From Promethearchaeota archaeon (GTDB taxonomy: Archaea > Asgardarchaeota > Lokiarchaeia > Sigyniarchaeales > SOKP01): a DNA stretch of 64,000 bases. The position numbers were made by a program, and so were the translations under genes. The notes below the pieces were generated by a model. The model was not told the DNA's origin. It was given only the letters and a program-made list of their open reading frames with translations, and ran no database searches. The stretch is taken from NCBI GenBank assembly GCA_048939015.1, contig JBHLPW010000008.1, positions 18,497-82,496 of the forward strand, read 5' to 3'. Positions 10,125-19,339 of this stretch are shown here, piece after piece. The stretch's first letter is position 1, and every line of letters starts with the position of its first letter.

Positions 10125-10586
10125 TTATTCATGATTAGGAAACTTTATTCCATATGTTTCAGTTAAATTTTTAAACGTATCTAATTCAACTTGGGCTTGT
10201 TTGCTAATTTTACCACGCATTACTTTAAGGATAAACCTTGTAAAAGCTGATTTACTGGAACCATTCCACGTCATGGAAATTTTAGTGCCATTAGGAACCT
10301 GTTCAAAAATTGTTTCAAGTTCAATATCCATCCCTTGACCAGAGACTTGAGAGAGAATTCTCTTCCCCTCCTCATAAGCTAATAACTTATCCTCTAGGAT
10401 ATAGGGACGTCCTTTCTCTAAGTAATGTAAATGAGCGGTGGCACCAATTTCTCCAAATTCCCCTTTGATAGATTCTACCTTTTCTAAATATCTTGTCCAA
10501 TGAAGCATGTTTTGAGGATCTATAAAAGCTTTCCATACAATATCTGGAGGTTGGTTAATAATTGTTGATATTTTGAATTTTGCCAT
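10125..10586 (-). CDS. SRPBCC (START/polyketide cyclase-like) family protein
   Basis: INQPPDIVWKAFIDPQNMLHW N-terminus; C-terminal helix ELDTFKNLTE. Confidence 0.85.
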   Translation of the reverse strand: MAKFKISTIINQPPDIVWKAFIDPQNMLHWTRYLEKVESIKGEFGEIGATAHLHYLEKGRPYILEDKLLAYEEGKRILSQVSGQGMDIELETIFEQVPNGTKISMTWNGSSKSAFTRFILKVMRGKISKQAQVELDTFKNLTETYGIKFPNHE

Positions 10587-10635
10587 TATACTATACTTAA
10601 AATATCACTCCTCACATTTGAATTTTAATTGATTC

Positions 10636-11217
10636 TTAATTATCATTAAAATAACCATTTTTAATAATTTTTTGAGGATTAGATGCATAGCCGTTCTCAT
10701 CAATTCCTCCGAAATTTTTTATAATTTCACTTGGAATTGGATTATTGCCAATTCTAAGTGTTTTTAACTTACTAAGACATTCAAGTCCTTCTATATTAGT
10801 TATTAAATTACCATAAAGGTTAAGACTTATTAAATTAGTGAGTTGATTTAATCCTTTAATTTTTTCAATTCTATTATCCTCGAAGGATAAGACTTCTAAT
10901 TTGTTCAAGTATTCCAACCCTTTAATTTCTCGTATTTTATTATCCGAAAGAAATAATATCCTCAAATTTTTTAGGTTCTCTAAACCCGTAATTTCTTTTA
11001 TGTTATTACCATATAAGTTTAATTTCTCTAAATCTACTAATGAGTCTAAATTTGTGATTTTAGAAATGTTATTTTTAAAGAGAAAAAGCTGTTTTAACTT
11101 ATTTAACTCCTTTAAGCCTTGGATTTGCCTTACGTCATCTATTTCCATATCACCTAAATATAAAGCTCCTTTTTTTACATACACTTTCTTATTTTTGACT
11201 TCTACGAACATTTTCAT
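10636..11217 (-). CDS. Leucine-rich repeat protein (SDS22-like 22-aa repeats)
   Basis: About six LxxLxLxxNxIxxIxGL repeats. Confidence 0.9.
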   Translation of the reverse strand: MKMFVEVKNKKVYVKKGALYLGDMEIDDVRQIQGLKELNKLKQLFLFKNNISKITNLDSLVDLEKLNLYGNNIKEITGLENLKNLRILFLSDNKIREIKGLEYLNKLEVLSFEDNRIEKIKGLNQLTNLISLNLYGNLITNIEGLECLSKLKTLRIGNNPIPSEIIKNFGGIDENGYASNPQKIIKNGYFNDN

Positions 11218-11392
11218 ATATAGAGAGGATTTTCATTCATAATATTTAATAGTCTAAGGATTTCTTTAAATCCTATTAAAATTAAATTTAGATTTTGCTA
11301 TCTGATAAAGATTATTAAACTTCCTCTCTTAGTTTAATTTATTATTTTTAATAATTTTAACACTTATATGAAATCTAAAAGGAGGATTAAAA

Positions 11393-12424
11393 ATGTTTTA
11401 TGAAGATAAATGCACTCTTTGTGGAGAGTGTTTAATGAAGTGTCCGTATTTAGCATATCCTGAGGAAAAGGCTAAAATTGAGTTTAAAAAATTGATCGAT
11501 GGTGAGCCAACTCCCGTTACAGCGGATTGTATTACATGTGCTGCTTGTAATATGTTCTGTCCTGAGGGTGCCAATCCATTCGATTTAATCAACGATAGAC
11601 AGGAGGAGACTGGAACTTTTGAATTGACTAAACAAGCCCAGTTAAATCTTAAGATGGGTACTCGACTGAAATCTAAAGTTATTGAGGGAGAACCGGGAAA
11701 GCCTGTCATGAATCTCTGTGTTATGGGAGATTTACATCCTGGAGTTATTGAAGGACAACTCTTTGAGGGATTAACCCTTCTTAAAGGAGCAGACTACTTC
11801 TGTTATTTTGGACTGATACATATGGGAACACCAAGTGTAATTAAGGATAATGCTCAAACATTTGTAGATAATCTTGCTAAGACTGGTGCTAAGGAAATTA
11901 TATGTTATCATGATGATTGCTACGCTATGTTAGCCAACAAAGTTAAAGAATATGGTATAGCCCTACCATTCAAACCGATTCATATAATAGAATATCTTCG
12001 AGATTATGTTAAAGAACACCAAAATCAGATAAAAAAACTAGATATGAAAATAGCATTTCAACAACCTTGCGCTTCAAGATATACTTTCGAGAAAGATACA
12101 ATTTTAGATGAACTCTTCCAATTAATAGGGGTTGATAGAGTAAAAAGAAAATATGACCGAATAAATGCTCTCTGCTGTGGTAACGCCCAAGCAGGTATGG
12201 TTAATGTATCTAAAGAAGTAGAAGTGGAATGGAGGATGAAAAATATAATGGATGCGAAGGATGCTGGAGCTGAAGCGATGGTGTTTTTGTGTCCTATGTG
12301 TATTTTAGGCCTTAGAGGTAGATCGAAAGCACAAGGATTAGAACCCTACATTCTTAGCAATCTTGTACGCCTAGCATTAGGAGAAGAACTTACTCACGGG
12401 GGAGCAGGAAAAGTTTTTGAATAA
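11393..12424 (+). CDS. Fe-S oxidoreductase with CCG domain (HdrD/GlpC-like)
   Basis: CTLCGECLMKCP, CITCAACNMFCP, QQPC, LCCG, CPMC; AGGAGG RBS. Confidence 0.85.
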   Translation: MFYEDKCTLCGECLMKCPYLAYPEEKAKIEFKKLIDGEPTPVTADCITCAACNMFCPEGANPFDLINDRQEETGTFELTKQAQLNLKMGTRLKSKVIEGEPGKPVMNLCVMGDLHPGVIEGQLFEGLTLLKGADYFCYFGLIHMGTPSVIKDNAQTFVDNLAKTGAKEIICYHDDCYAMLANKVKEYGIALPFKPIHIIEYLRDYVKEHQNQIKKLDMKIAFQQPCASRYTFEKDTILDELFQLIGVDRVKRKYDRINALCCGNAQAGMVNVSKEVEVEWRMKNIMDAKDAGAEAMVFLCPMCILGLRGRSKAQGLEPYILSNLVRLALGEELTHGGAGKVFE

Positions 12425-12484
12425 TTTACGTAAAAACTTCAAATTATTTACAAAATTGAGAAGAATAAATATTCTATTTTAATT

Positions 12485-13126
12485 TCAATATTTCTTCATA
12501 CATATTGCTGTGATCCAACCTTTGTCATAATTTTCAAATATTTGGATATTGGAATAACCTGCATCTTTCAAAAATTCTCTGTACTCATTAGGAGTATGAA
12601 TAGGAAAATCGCCTAATTTTGACCAATTTTCAGCTATTTTTCTCTTTTTTTCATTATTACATATATATCCTTCATTGGTTAGTATCAAATGTCCATTTGG
12701 TTTAAGAACTCTATATATTTCTTGGAGATCTCTTATTAAGTCTGGCCAAAAGTAGGATGTTTCAAAACCAGTTACTAAATCAAAATAATTATCCTCAAAA
12801 GGTAAAGAAGATACAGAACCTTGATTTATTTCAACCGTACCTTTTTCAATAAACTTCTTGTTTACTTTCATACTAATATCAACTGCGGTTTCTGAATAAT
12901 CAATTCCAAAAATTTTTCCATCTGTAATAGTTTTAGCAAAATGTTTTATATTTCCTCCTCCACCACATCCAATATCAAGAATAGCGTAATTTGGTTCTAT
13001 TGAAAAGTTTGATAATCCCCATTTTGCTAATTTTGAATGCCCTCTATTCATGCCTCTCGCAATTAATCCTCCCAATTTACCGTTAGGTTTTCTAACTTGA
13101 TTTACTAAAATTTGTTTAAGATCCAC
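12485..13126 (-). CDS. Class I SAM-dependent methyltransferase
   Basis: ILDIGCGGG, GIDYS, LPFEDNYFDLV, RVLKPNG. Confidence 0.9.
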   Translation of the reverse strand: MDLKQILVNQVRKPNGKLGGLIARGMNRGHSKLAKWGLSNFSIEPNYAILDIGCGGGGNIKHFAKTITDGKIFGIDYSETAVDISMKVNKKFIEKGTVEINQGSVSSLPFEDNYFDLVTGFETSYFWPDLIRDLQEIYRVLKPNGHLILTNEGYICNNEKKRKIAENWSKLGDFPIHTPNEYREFLKDAGYSNIQIFENYDKGWITAICMKKY

Positions 13127-13174
13127 TTTGTTATCTCCTTATCTTATTATTAAAAGTCTATTTAATTTTGGTTT

Positions 13175-13939
13175 CTATTTTATTCCATATAATAAACCCA
13201 TTGTTTTCAATTCAGATTTTACTAATTTAGGCATTTCTAACTCATGAACAGTTTCGATAAAATTGACCTGTTGAATCCCCCATTCTTGAATTTGTCCTAT
13301 TAATTCTTCAGTTATTCCATATTTTCTTTTGTTTTTAAAGGTATCGTGTAAAGAAAATGTACCACCCTTTTTCAAGACACGTAAGGATTCTTTAATAAGT
13401 TTTCTTTTATCTTTTGTATCTCTTACTTCATGATATACAAAATTGCTTACAATAGCATCAAATTCATTATCCTCAAATGGTAAATTCGAGGCACTTGCCT
13501 TCTGAAACATTATATTATTTGCCACACCTTCATTTTTTGCATTCTCTTCGCATTGTTGTTTAGAATAATTCCATCCTTTTCCCCAATAATCAATTCCATA
13601 TACATTAGATTCATGATATTTCTTTGCGAGTTGTATTGCTAATGCTCCTGCTCCCGTACCTACGTCAAGAGCTTTTCCTTTGCCGTTCCAAGGCAATTTT
13701 TCGATTACTAGATTCCAAATCTTATATTGTATTTCTTTATTATTCAATGAAAAATACCAATAAAGATATAACATATAACTGAAAGGTAAAAGCCATATCC
13801 CTGCTAACACCCATAAAATTATTTTTAGAGTAAGTGATAGTGGAAATATAGTGGGAAGTAACAATCCTAAAAATACTACAACAAAGAAGTAGATCATATT
13901 TCGAGGGACCCAATTTCCATAATCTATTGATTGCTCCAC
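13175..13939 (-). CDS. Class I SAM-dependent methyltransferase with two N-terminal TM helices
   Basis: ALDVGTGAG, GIDYW, LPFEDNEFDAIVSN, RVLKKGG. Confidence 0.9.
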   Translation of the reverse strand: MEQSIDYGNWVPRNMIYFFVVVFLGLLLPTIFPLSLTLKIILWVLAGIWLLPFSYMLYLYWYFSLNNKEIQYKIWNLVIEKLPWNGKGKALDVGTGAGALAIQLAKKYHESNVYGIDYWGKGWNYSKQQCEENAKNEGVANNIMFQKASASNLPFEDNEFDAIVSNFVYHEVRDTKDKRKLIKESLRVLKKGGTFSLHDTFKNKRKYGITEELIGQIQEWGIQQVNFIETVHELEMPKLVKSELKTMGLLYGIK

Positions 13940-13996
13940 TTTTTATCACTAAATTATATTTATTTTAGTAATGATAATCTATTATCATATTTAAAT

Positions 13997-14010
13997 TTAG
14001 GCATGCCTAA
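13997..14010. promoter_or_regulatory. Perfect 14-bp palindrome TTAGGCATGCCTAA, probable operator of the methyltransferase pair
   Basis: Directly abuts a TTTAAATA TATA-like box on the minus strand, about 55 nt upstream of the 13939 start. Confidence 0.6.
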
Positions 14011-14185
14011 TTTGCTTTTTTTAATATCATAAAAATTATGGATTAGTTAGGAAAGCATTAATCTAATATAAGAGATTCTAAATATTTGATAAAATAAAGT
14101 ATCTTATTTAGATATTGGTTTACAATATTAATATTTTTATATTCAAGATAAATCTTTTTCAAGAATCTTCAATAACAAATCAGTA

Positions 14186-14518
14186 TTAGAACTTTAAATA
14201 TGAGCGAAATTTACGTCCTTGAGCTTCTATAATACATTCTTTACCTTGAGGATTTATCGTTAAAACAGCTTTATCTATAACCTCAAGTGAAATTCCTTCT
14301 TTTGGAAGCACTTCATGAAACCAGTCAATTATGGATTTATAATATCTTTCTACATCATCTCCTTCCAAGTCTGGTGTAAATGTGCCTTCCTTTAAGTCTA
14401 TTATAATTTCGGATTCAGGAGTATAATGATAAAAGGGATCTACTAAATATCCTTGTGAATCTCCCGACGATTCTCTAATCAATTGGTTTACCACTGACTT
14501 TAATCTATTTAACTTCAA
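14186..14518 (-). CDS. Hypothetical protein
   Basis: 110-aa ORF with protein-like composition filling the gap. Confidence 0.6.
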   Translation of the reverse strand: MKLNRLKSVVNQLIRESSGDSQGYLVDPFYHYTPESEIIIDLKEGTFTPDLEGDDVERYYKSIIDWFHEVLPKEGISLEVIDKAVLTINPQGKECIIEAQGRKFRSYLKF

Positions 14519-14738
14519 ATCTACTATACAATTAGTTTTTTTAATAGAATTTATTATTATACTTTATTCTAAATTAAAGCATATTATTTAATTCTATATT
14601 TTTTAAATAATAGTTAGACACCTTGTTTTGATTTTGGACCTGAAAATGAAGACTATAGTTCCCTAGCCACCATTTGCCCTTATATACTTAAATATCATTA
14701 CTCCCATGTTTATTATAATAAATCTGAAGGTGGAACTT

Positions 14739-15470
14739 ATGGAAAAATTCATAAATGAAAAAAATGGATTAATAGAAAGCCAAAAATCATTATATATTAG
14801 ATTTAAAAGAGTAAATAGGTTATTTAAAATTCATTTCACATCATTAACCATGATATTTCTTTTCTCATTAGCATTTATTATTATTTGGATATATCTAATG
14901 ATCACTGGACAAGCAACAACAGGTCTTTCTCAAAGATATGGCCTATTTGGAAATATTATCACTATTATCCTAACTGTAGCTCTTGTTATTTTTATCGTTC
15001 AGATAGGATTTCAGATTTATATTTTTAGTTTCTTTTTAATTAAAGGAACACGTTGTCTTAGGCAGATTAAAGGTAAAGAAGAAACAAGGACCGCTCTTTA
15101 CAAAGGAATTGTCCCATATATAACGAATTTTTATACTTTTTTCAAACACTTTTCAAAAGAAAGAACTAATTTAGTTTTATTAGTAAAGACCTTCTTATTC
15201 TTTAATTTCTTCTCAGGATTTATCGGCATGATTCTACTTACACGCCTTTTAAATGCCGAATTTATTAATGAACCCTTTTTATTTTACCTGTTTTTATTAT
15301 TTATTTCAATGTTTATCTTCTGGTTGATTAATTTGATGACTTCATTGAAAATAAGAGGTAAGATCGCCAAATGGGAAAACTTATTCCCTAAGTTAGAAGA
15401 GTGGGCTCAAGATTTAGAAAATTTTTCTTCTGAACACACATTTTTTTCTAATGAGAAAGAGCCCATATAA
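14739..15470 (+). CDS. 4-TM membrane protein, co-transcribed with a wHTH gene
   Basis: ORF 14706-15470; likely start ATG14739 after AAGGTGG; four TM helices; C-terminal KWENLFPKLEEWAQ helix. Confidence 0.7.
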   Translation: MEKFINEKNGLIESQKSLYIRFKRVNRLFKIHFTSLTMIFLFSLAFIIIWIYLMITGQATTGLSQRYGLFGNIITIILTVALVIFIVQIGFQIYIFSFFLIKGTRCLRQIKGKEETRTALYKGIVPYITNFYTFFKHFSKERTNLVLLVKTFLFFNFFSGFIGMILLTRLLNAEFINEPFLFYLFLLFISMFIFWLINLMTSLKIRGKIAKWENLFPKLEEWAQDLENFSSEHTFFSNEKEPI

Positions 15471-15492
15471 TTATCATTTTGGTGATGTTTGA

Positions 15493-15783
15493 ATGAGTTC
15501 TTCAAGACGTAGTAAATTCGAAATCTGGGCTGAAGTATTGGAATTTTGCTTAAGAGAAAAGAGAACTCAAACATGGTTATTAAGAGAAACACGGTTAAAA
15601 ACAAGCGCGATTAAAGAAACTCTACAATTTCTCTTATCTCGCAATTTAATTGAACAATTGAATGATGAGGATATTATTAAATATTGTACTACTGAACGAG
15701 GAGAAGAAGTATTAAAACGATTCTATACCTTAGTAAATGACTATTTTGATTTAAATCATAAGAGAAGCAAAAGTAATGAGTAA
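15493..15783 (+). CDS. Archaeal winged-helix transcriptional regulator (HTH_45-like)
   Basis: RRSKFEIWAEVLE, LKTSAIKETLQFL...LI, YCTTERGEE; GGTGA RBS. Confidence 0.85.
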   Translation: MSSSRRSKFEIWAEVLEFCLREKRTQTWLLRETRLKTSAIKETLQFLLSRNLIEQLNDEDIIKYCTTERGEEVLKRFYTLVNDYFDLNHKRSKSNE

Positions 15784-15818
15784 ATTCGATATTAAATTTT
15801 ACAATGATTAAAAACAAA

Positions 15819-16433
15819 TTATAGGTCATTCAAAATTTCATTGATAACTTTTTTAAAAACCTTATAAGGTTGAGCTCCAATAATAAATCTGTCCTCAATA
15901 ATGAAAGTAGGGACACCATTTATTCCATATGTTCTTAATTCTTTCAAGGTCTCTCGCAATATATTGGAAGGTTCGTCTGTTTCTAAATAATTTTTTATTT
16001 CATCCTTATCTAATCCAACCGATTCAGCAAGATCTAATAAAAAACTTTTGTCTCCGATATCTTTGCCCTCTAACCAATACGCCTCTAGTACTAATTTATG
16101 AAATTCTTCAAATTTCCCTTGTTTGCGAGCAAATTCAGAAATGAATAAAGCTAATCGTGAATTTGGTAATTTGTCAGCAAACTTAAGTTGTAGACCATCC
16201 TCATCCGCAAGCCGTTTAACATTAGCGAATGCCATCTCTAAATAACCCTTAGGAAAAGGCAACTCGTTAACTTTTGCGCCCTGCTTTGGCGTTTCGGGAT
16301 GAATCTCAAATGGTCTCCACTCAACATCAAGATTATACTCTTTCTTGAGTTGTTTCATTCGATGATATCCTATATAACAAAATGGACAAATATAATCAGA
16401 ATACGCAATAATCTTTAACTTTCTTTGATTCAT
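15819..16433 (-). CDS. DsbA/FrnE family thiol-disulfide oxidoreductase
   Basis: SDYICPFCYIG, WRPFEIHP, GINGVPTFII, GAQP. Confidence 0.92.
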   Translation of the reverse strand: MNQRKLKIIAYSDYICPFCYIGYHRMKQLKKEYNLDVEWRPFEIHPETPKQGAKVNELPFPKGYLEMAFANVKRLADEDGLQLKFADKLPNSRLALFISEFARKQGKFEEFHKLVLEAYWLEGKDIGDKSFLLDLAESVGLDKDEIKNYLETDEPSNILRETLKELRTYGINGVPTFIIEDRFIIGAQPYKVFKKVINEILNDL

Positions 16434-16598
16434 GTGTACGCTTAAAAAGAAAGTATAATCTTAAATAGTTTGTTCAATTGAAAATTAGGAAAAATTTGGC
16501 TAAGGTTTATTCTTTAGAAATTTCTAAATTATTAATTAGGTTATATTTTAATATTCAATATTATGATATCAAATAAGATGTGAAAATGAGAAGGATTA

Positions 16599-17996
16599 AT
16601 GCCAGATAAAGAACAAAAAATACTTAAGAGTAAAGTGGCAATAGCACGGCATTATTTACCCGTAGAAGAGCGTATAAATAATTTTGAAGAGGTTAATCTA
16701 GGATATTTAGATTTAGAGGAAGTAATCAAAGAATGCGAACGTTGCCACCAATGCTTTAGAAATAGCGATCCTGAAATAAAACCCCCTCCTTGTATGAAAT
16801 ATTGCCCTACTCATTGTAATTCTAGAGAAATTATTAGAAATGTGTTAGATAATAAGATCGACGAGGCTCTCAAGATTATTTATAAACATTATCCCTTTCC
16901 AAGAAGTGTTGAAAGAGTTTGCCCCGGTTATTGTCAACTTCATTGTACTGCTGGTATAAAAGGAGATCCAATTGAAATTCCGATGATAAAACGATTCTTA
17001 GTGGATAATTATGGTCCGCTTGAAGATTACTTTAAATGTAAACCTGACATGGATAAGAAAGTAGCTATTTTAGGTTCTGGACCACTTGGTCTCACGGTTG
17101 CATTTTATTTAAGGAAATATGGAATTAAAACGACTATTTTTGAAAAACATGATATAATTGGTGGAATGCTTACCACTGAAATCCCCGAATTTCGATTACC
17201 AAGGTCAGTTTTGAATACAGAAATAGAAAACTTAAAACATTGTGGAATTGAAATCATAACGAATAAAAGTATTGATAAGAAATTTAGTATTAACCAAATT
17301 TTTCAGTTAGGTTATCATATTATAGTAATAGGTATCGGTGCTCAGAAAGCTAAAATCCTTGAATTTCCAGGAAGAGATACAAAAATTGTTCTACAAGCTC
17401 TAAAATTTTTAAAAAGTCATAATCTTCAAGAAAACATACCTAATCTGAAGAATAAGAAAGTAGTCGTAATAGGGGGCGGAAGTACTGCCACAGATGCTGC
17501 TAGGGTTGCTAAGCGACTTGGAGCAGATGTATCTATTTTATATCGAAGAGAAAAGGAGCATATGCCTGCTGGTAAAGTTGAAATTAAAGATACAGAAGAT
17601 GAGGGTATATATATCGAATTTTTAATAGAACCAAAAGAATTTTATTGCTCTGAAGATGAAACTAAAGGAATTATGTGCCAAAAAATAGAACTGGGAGATA
17701 TAGATGCTACTGGTCGTCCTACTCCGATCCCTATTGAGGATGTAGAAATTAAAGTTGAAGCTGATTATATTATTGAAGCTATTGGTCAAGAAATCGACTT
17801 AACTGGATTTGATAAAGATAAATTTAAGTTAACAAGAGCAAATACTTTTATTGTAAATGAAAAGTTCTTCACAAACGTTCCTAGAGTGTTAGCAGGAGGA
17901 GATTGCGTGCTTGGATCGAAAAGTGTGGTTGATGCTGTAGCTCATGGAAAATTAATCGCAGATCAAATCTACTTTTTTTTAAAAGATAAGCATTAA
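16599..17996 (+). CDS. GltD/SudA/NfnB-like FAD and Fe-S NAD(P)H oxidoreductase
   Basis: ERINNFEEV, ECERC..C...PC...CP, RVCP..CQ..C, GSGPLG, IPEFRLP, IGGGSTATDAAR, YRRE, GGD. Confidence 0.88.
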   Translation: MPDKEQKILKSKVAIARHYLPVEERINNFEEVNLGYLDLEEVIKECERCHQCFRNSDPEIKPPPCMKYCPTHCNSREIIRNVLDNKIDEALKIIYKHYPFPRSVERVCPGYCQLHCTAGIKGDPIEIPMIKRFLVDNYGPLEDYFKCKPDMDKKVAILGSGPLGLTVAFYLRKYGIKTTIFEKHDIIGGMLTTEIPEFRLPRSVLNTEIENLKHCGIEIITNKSIDKKFSINQIFQLGYHIIVIGIGAQKAKILEFPGRDTKIVLQALKFLKSHNLQENIPNLKNKKVVVIGGGSTATDAARVAKRLGADVSILYRREKEHMPAGKVEIKDTEDEGIYIEFLIEPKEFYCSEDETKGIMCQKIELGDIDATGRPTPIPIEDVEIKVEADYIIEAIGQEIDLTGFDKDKFKLTRANTFIVNEKFFTNVPRVLAGGDCVLGSKSVVDAVAHGKLIADQIYFFLKDKH

Positions 17997-18071
17997 AAAA
18001 GATTAAGAAAACTATATTAAGAAAAAATAGTAAGTTATAGTATTAACTAGAGAAGATTAGGTCTTACAGAT

Positions 18072-19172
18072 ATGTCGGAAAAAGTTTGGTATAAAGCTGC
18101 TAAATTGATAGTAAGAGCGAGTGGTAATCCTTTATTTCAAGCCAATAATACATTGGTTGATATCTTAAAAACTCTTCTAACTGAAGAACAAGTTAATTTT
18201 TTGCTTAATTTTAGGAAACCGAAGTTGACATTGGAAGAGTTGAAGGAAAAAACCGAAATGAATGAAAATAAATTAATGGAATTGTTAAATTCTTTAATGG
18301 ATAATGGAATTATAATGGATGTGCCGTTGGAAAATTCTCAGATAATGCAATACTGTCTATTAGCACCTGTAGCAGATACTTTTGAATATTCTCTTATTGG
18401 AGAGCGCCCAATTGAGCAAAAGAAGAAATTAGCTCTTCTTTTTGAGAAAATGTTTAAAGAAACAATAGAGTTGGTTCAAACTAATTATGAGGGCTTACAA
18501 CCGATATTTAAGGAAAGATTGCCTATTTTTGCAAGAATTATTCCGATTGAAAAGGAAATAACCGTTCCGCAGGAAAAAGTATTGCCATTGCATGAAGCTT
18601 CTAAAATTATAGATGAACAGGATATTATATGTCTTTCTGAATGCCCTTGTAAACTTGAAAAAGCTCTTTTAGGAGATCCTTGTAAAACCTCTAGTGATAG
18701 ATTTAGGTGCTTTCATTTTGGAAATATGGGTCGTTACTTTTTAGACCATGGGCTAGGTAAATCTGTATCTAAAGAAGAAGCTAAGAAAATCCTACTAGAA
18801 GCTGAAGAAGAAGGGCTTGTTCATAAGACATTTCATGATGATTTTAGTTTCGATAAAAAGGAAAATTCAATTTGTAATTGTTGTAAGTGTTGTTGTATTC
18901 TCTTTCAAATGTATTATCGTGGCATTTTATCATTTCATACTATGACATCCTACATTGCGAAAGTAGATGAGAACAAATGTGTAGGTTGCAGTGTTTGTGT
19001 GGAAAAATGTCCGATTGAAGCAGTATCTTTAATAAATGATAAAGCTCATAACGACGAAAACAAATGTATAGGTTGTGGAGTTTGTGTTCATCATTGCCCT
19101 GAGAATGCTAGGTCTTTAGAACGAACTGAAGAGAGAGAGATATACCTTCCTCCATTAAAAATGAAAGAATAA
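18072..19172 (+). CDS. 4Fe-4S dicluster protein with Cys-rich core and N-terminal HTH-like segment
   Basis: CPC, CNCCKCCC, two CxxCxxCxxxCP motifs. Confidence 0.82.
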   Translation: MSEKVWYKAAKLIVRASGNPLFQANNTLVDILKTLLTEEQVNFLLNFRKPKLTLEELKEKTEMNENKLMELLNSLMDNGIIMDVPLENSQIMQYCLLAPVADTFEYSLIGERPIEQKKKLALLFEKMFKETIELVQTNYEGLQPIFKERLPIFARIIPIEKEITVPQEKVLPLHEASKIIDEQDIICLSECPCKLEKALLGDPCKTSSDRFRCFHFGNMGRYFLDHGLGKSVSKEEAKKILLEAEEEGLVHKTFHDDFSFDKKENSICNCCKCCCILFQMYYRGILSFHTMTSYIAKVDENKCVGCSVCVEKCPIEAVSLINDKAHNDENKCIGCGVCVHHCPENARSLERTEEREIYLPPLKMKE

Positions 19173-19339
19173 ACATACACTACGTAAAGTTAAGGGTCCA
19201 TTTATGTTTCTATCTCATTCTTATTTAATGATGTTGATTAATTCTTTGGAGTAAATTCCCACAATTAATATACGTTAAATTAATTAATCATTTAAAATAA
19301 TCCATATGTAGTTTCCATTTGGATTAATTTTGATGTATT

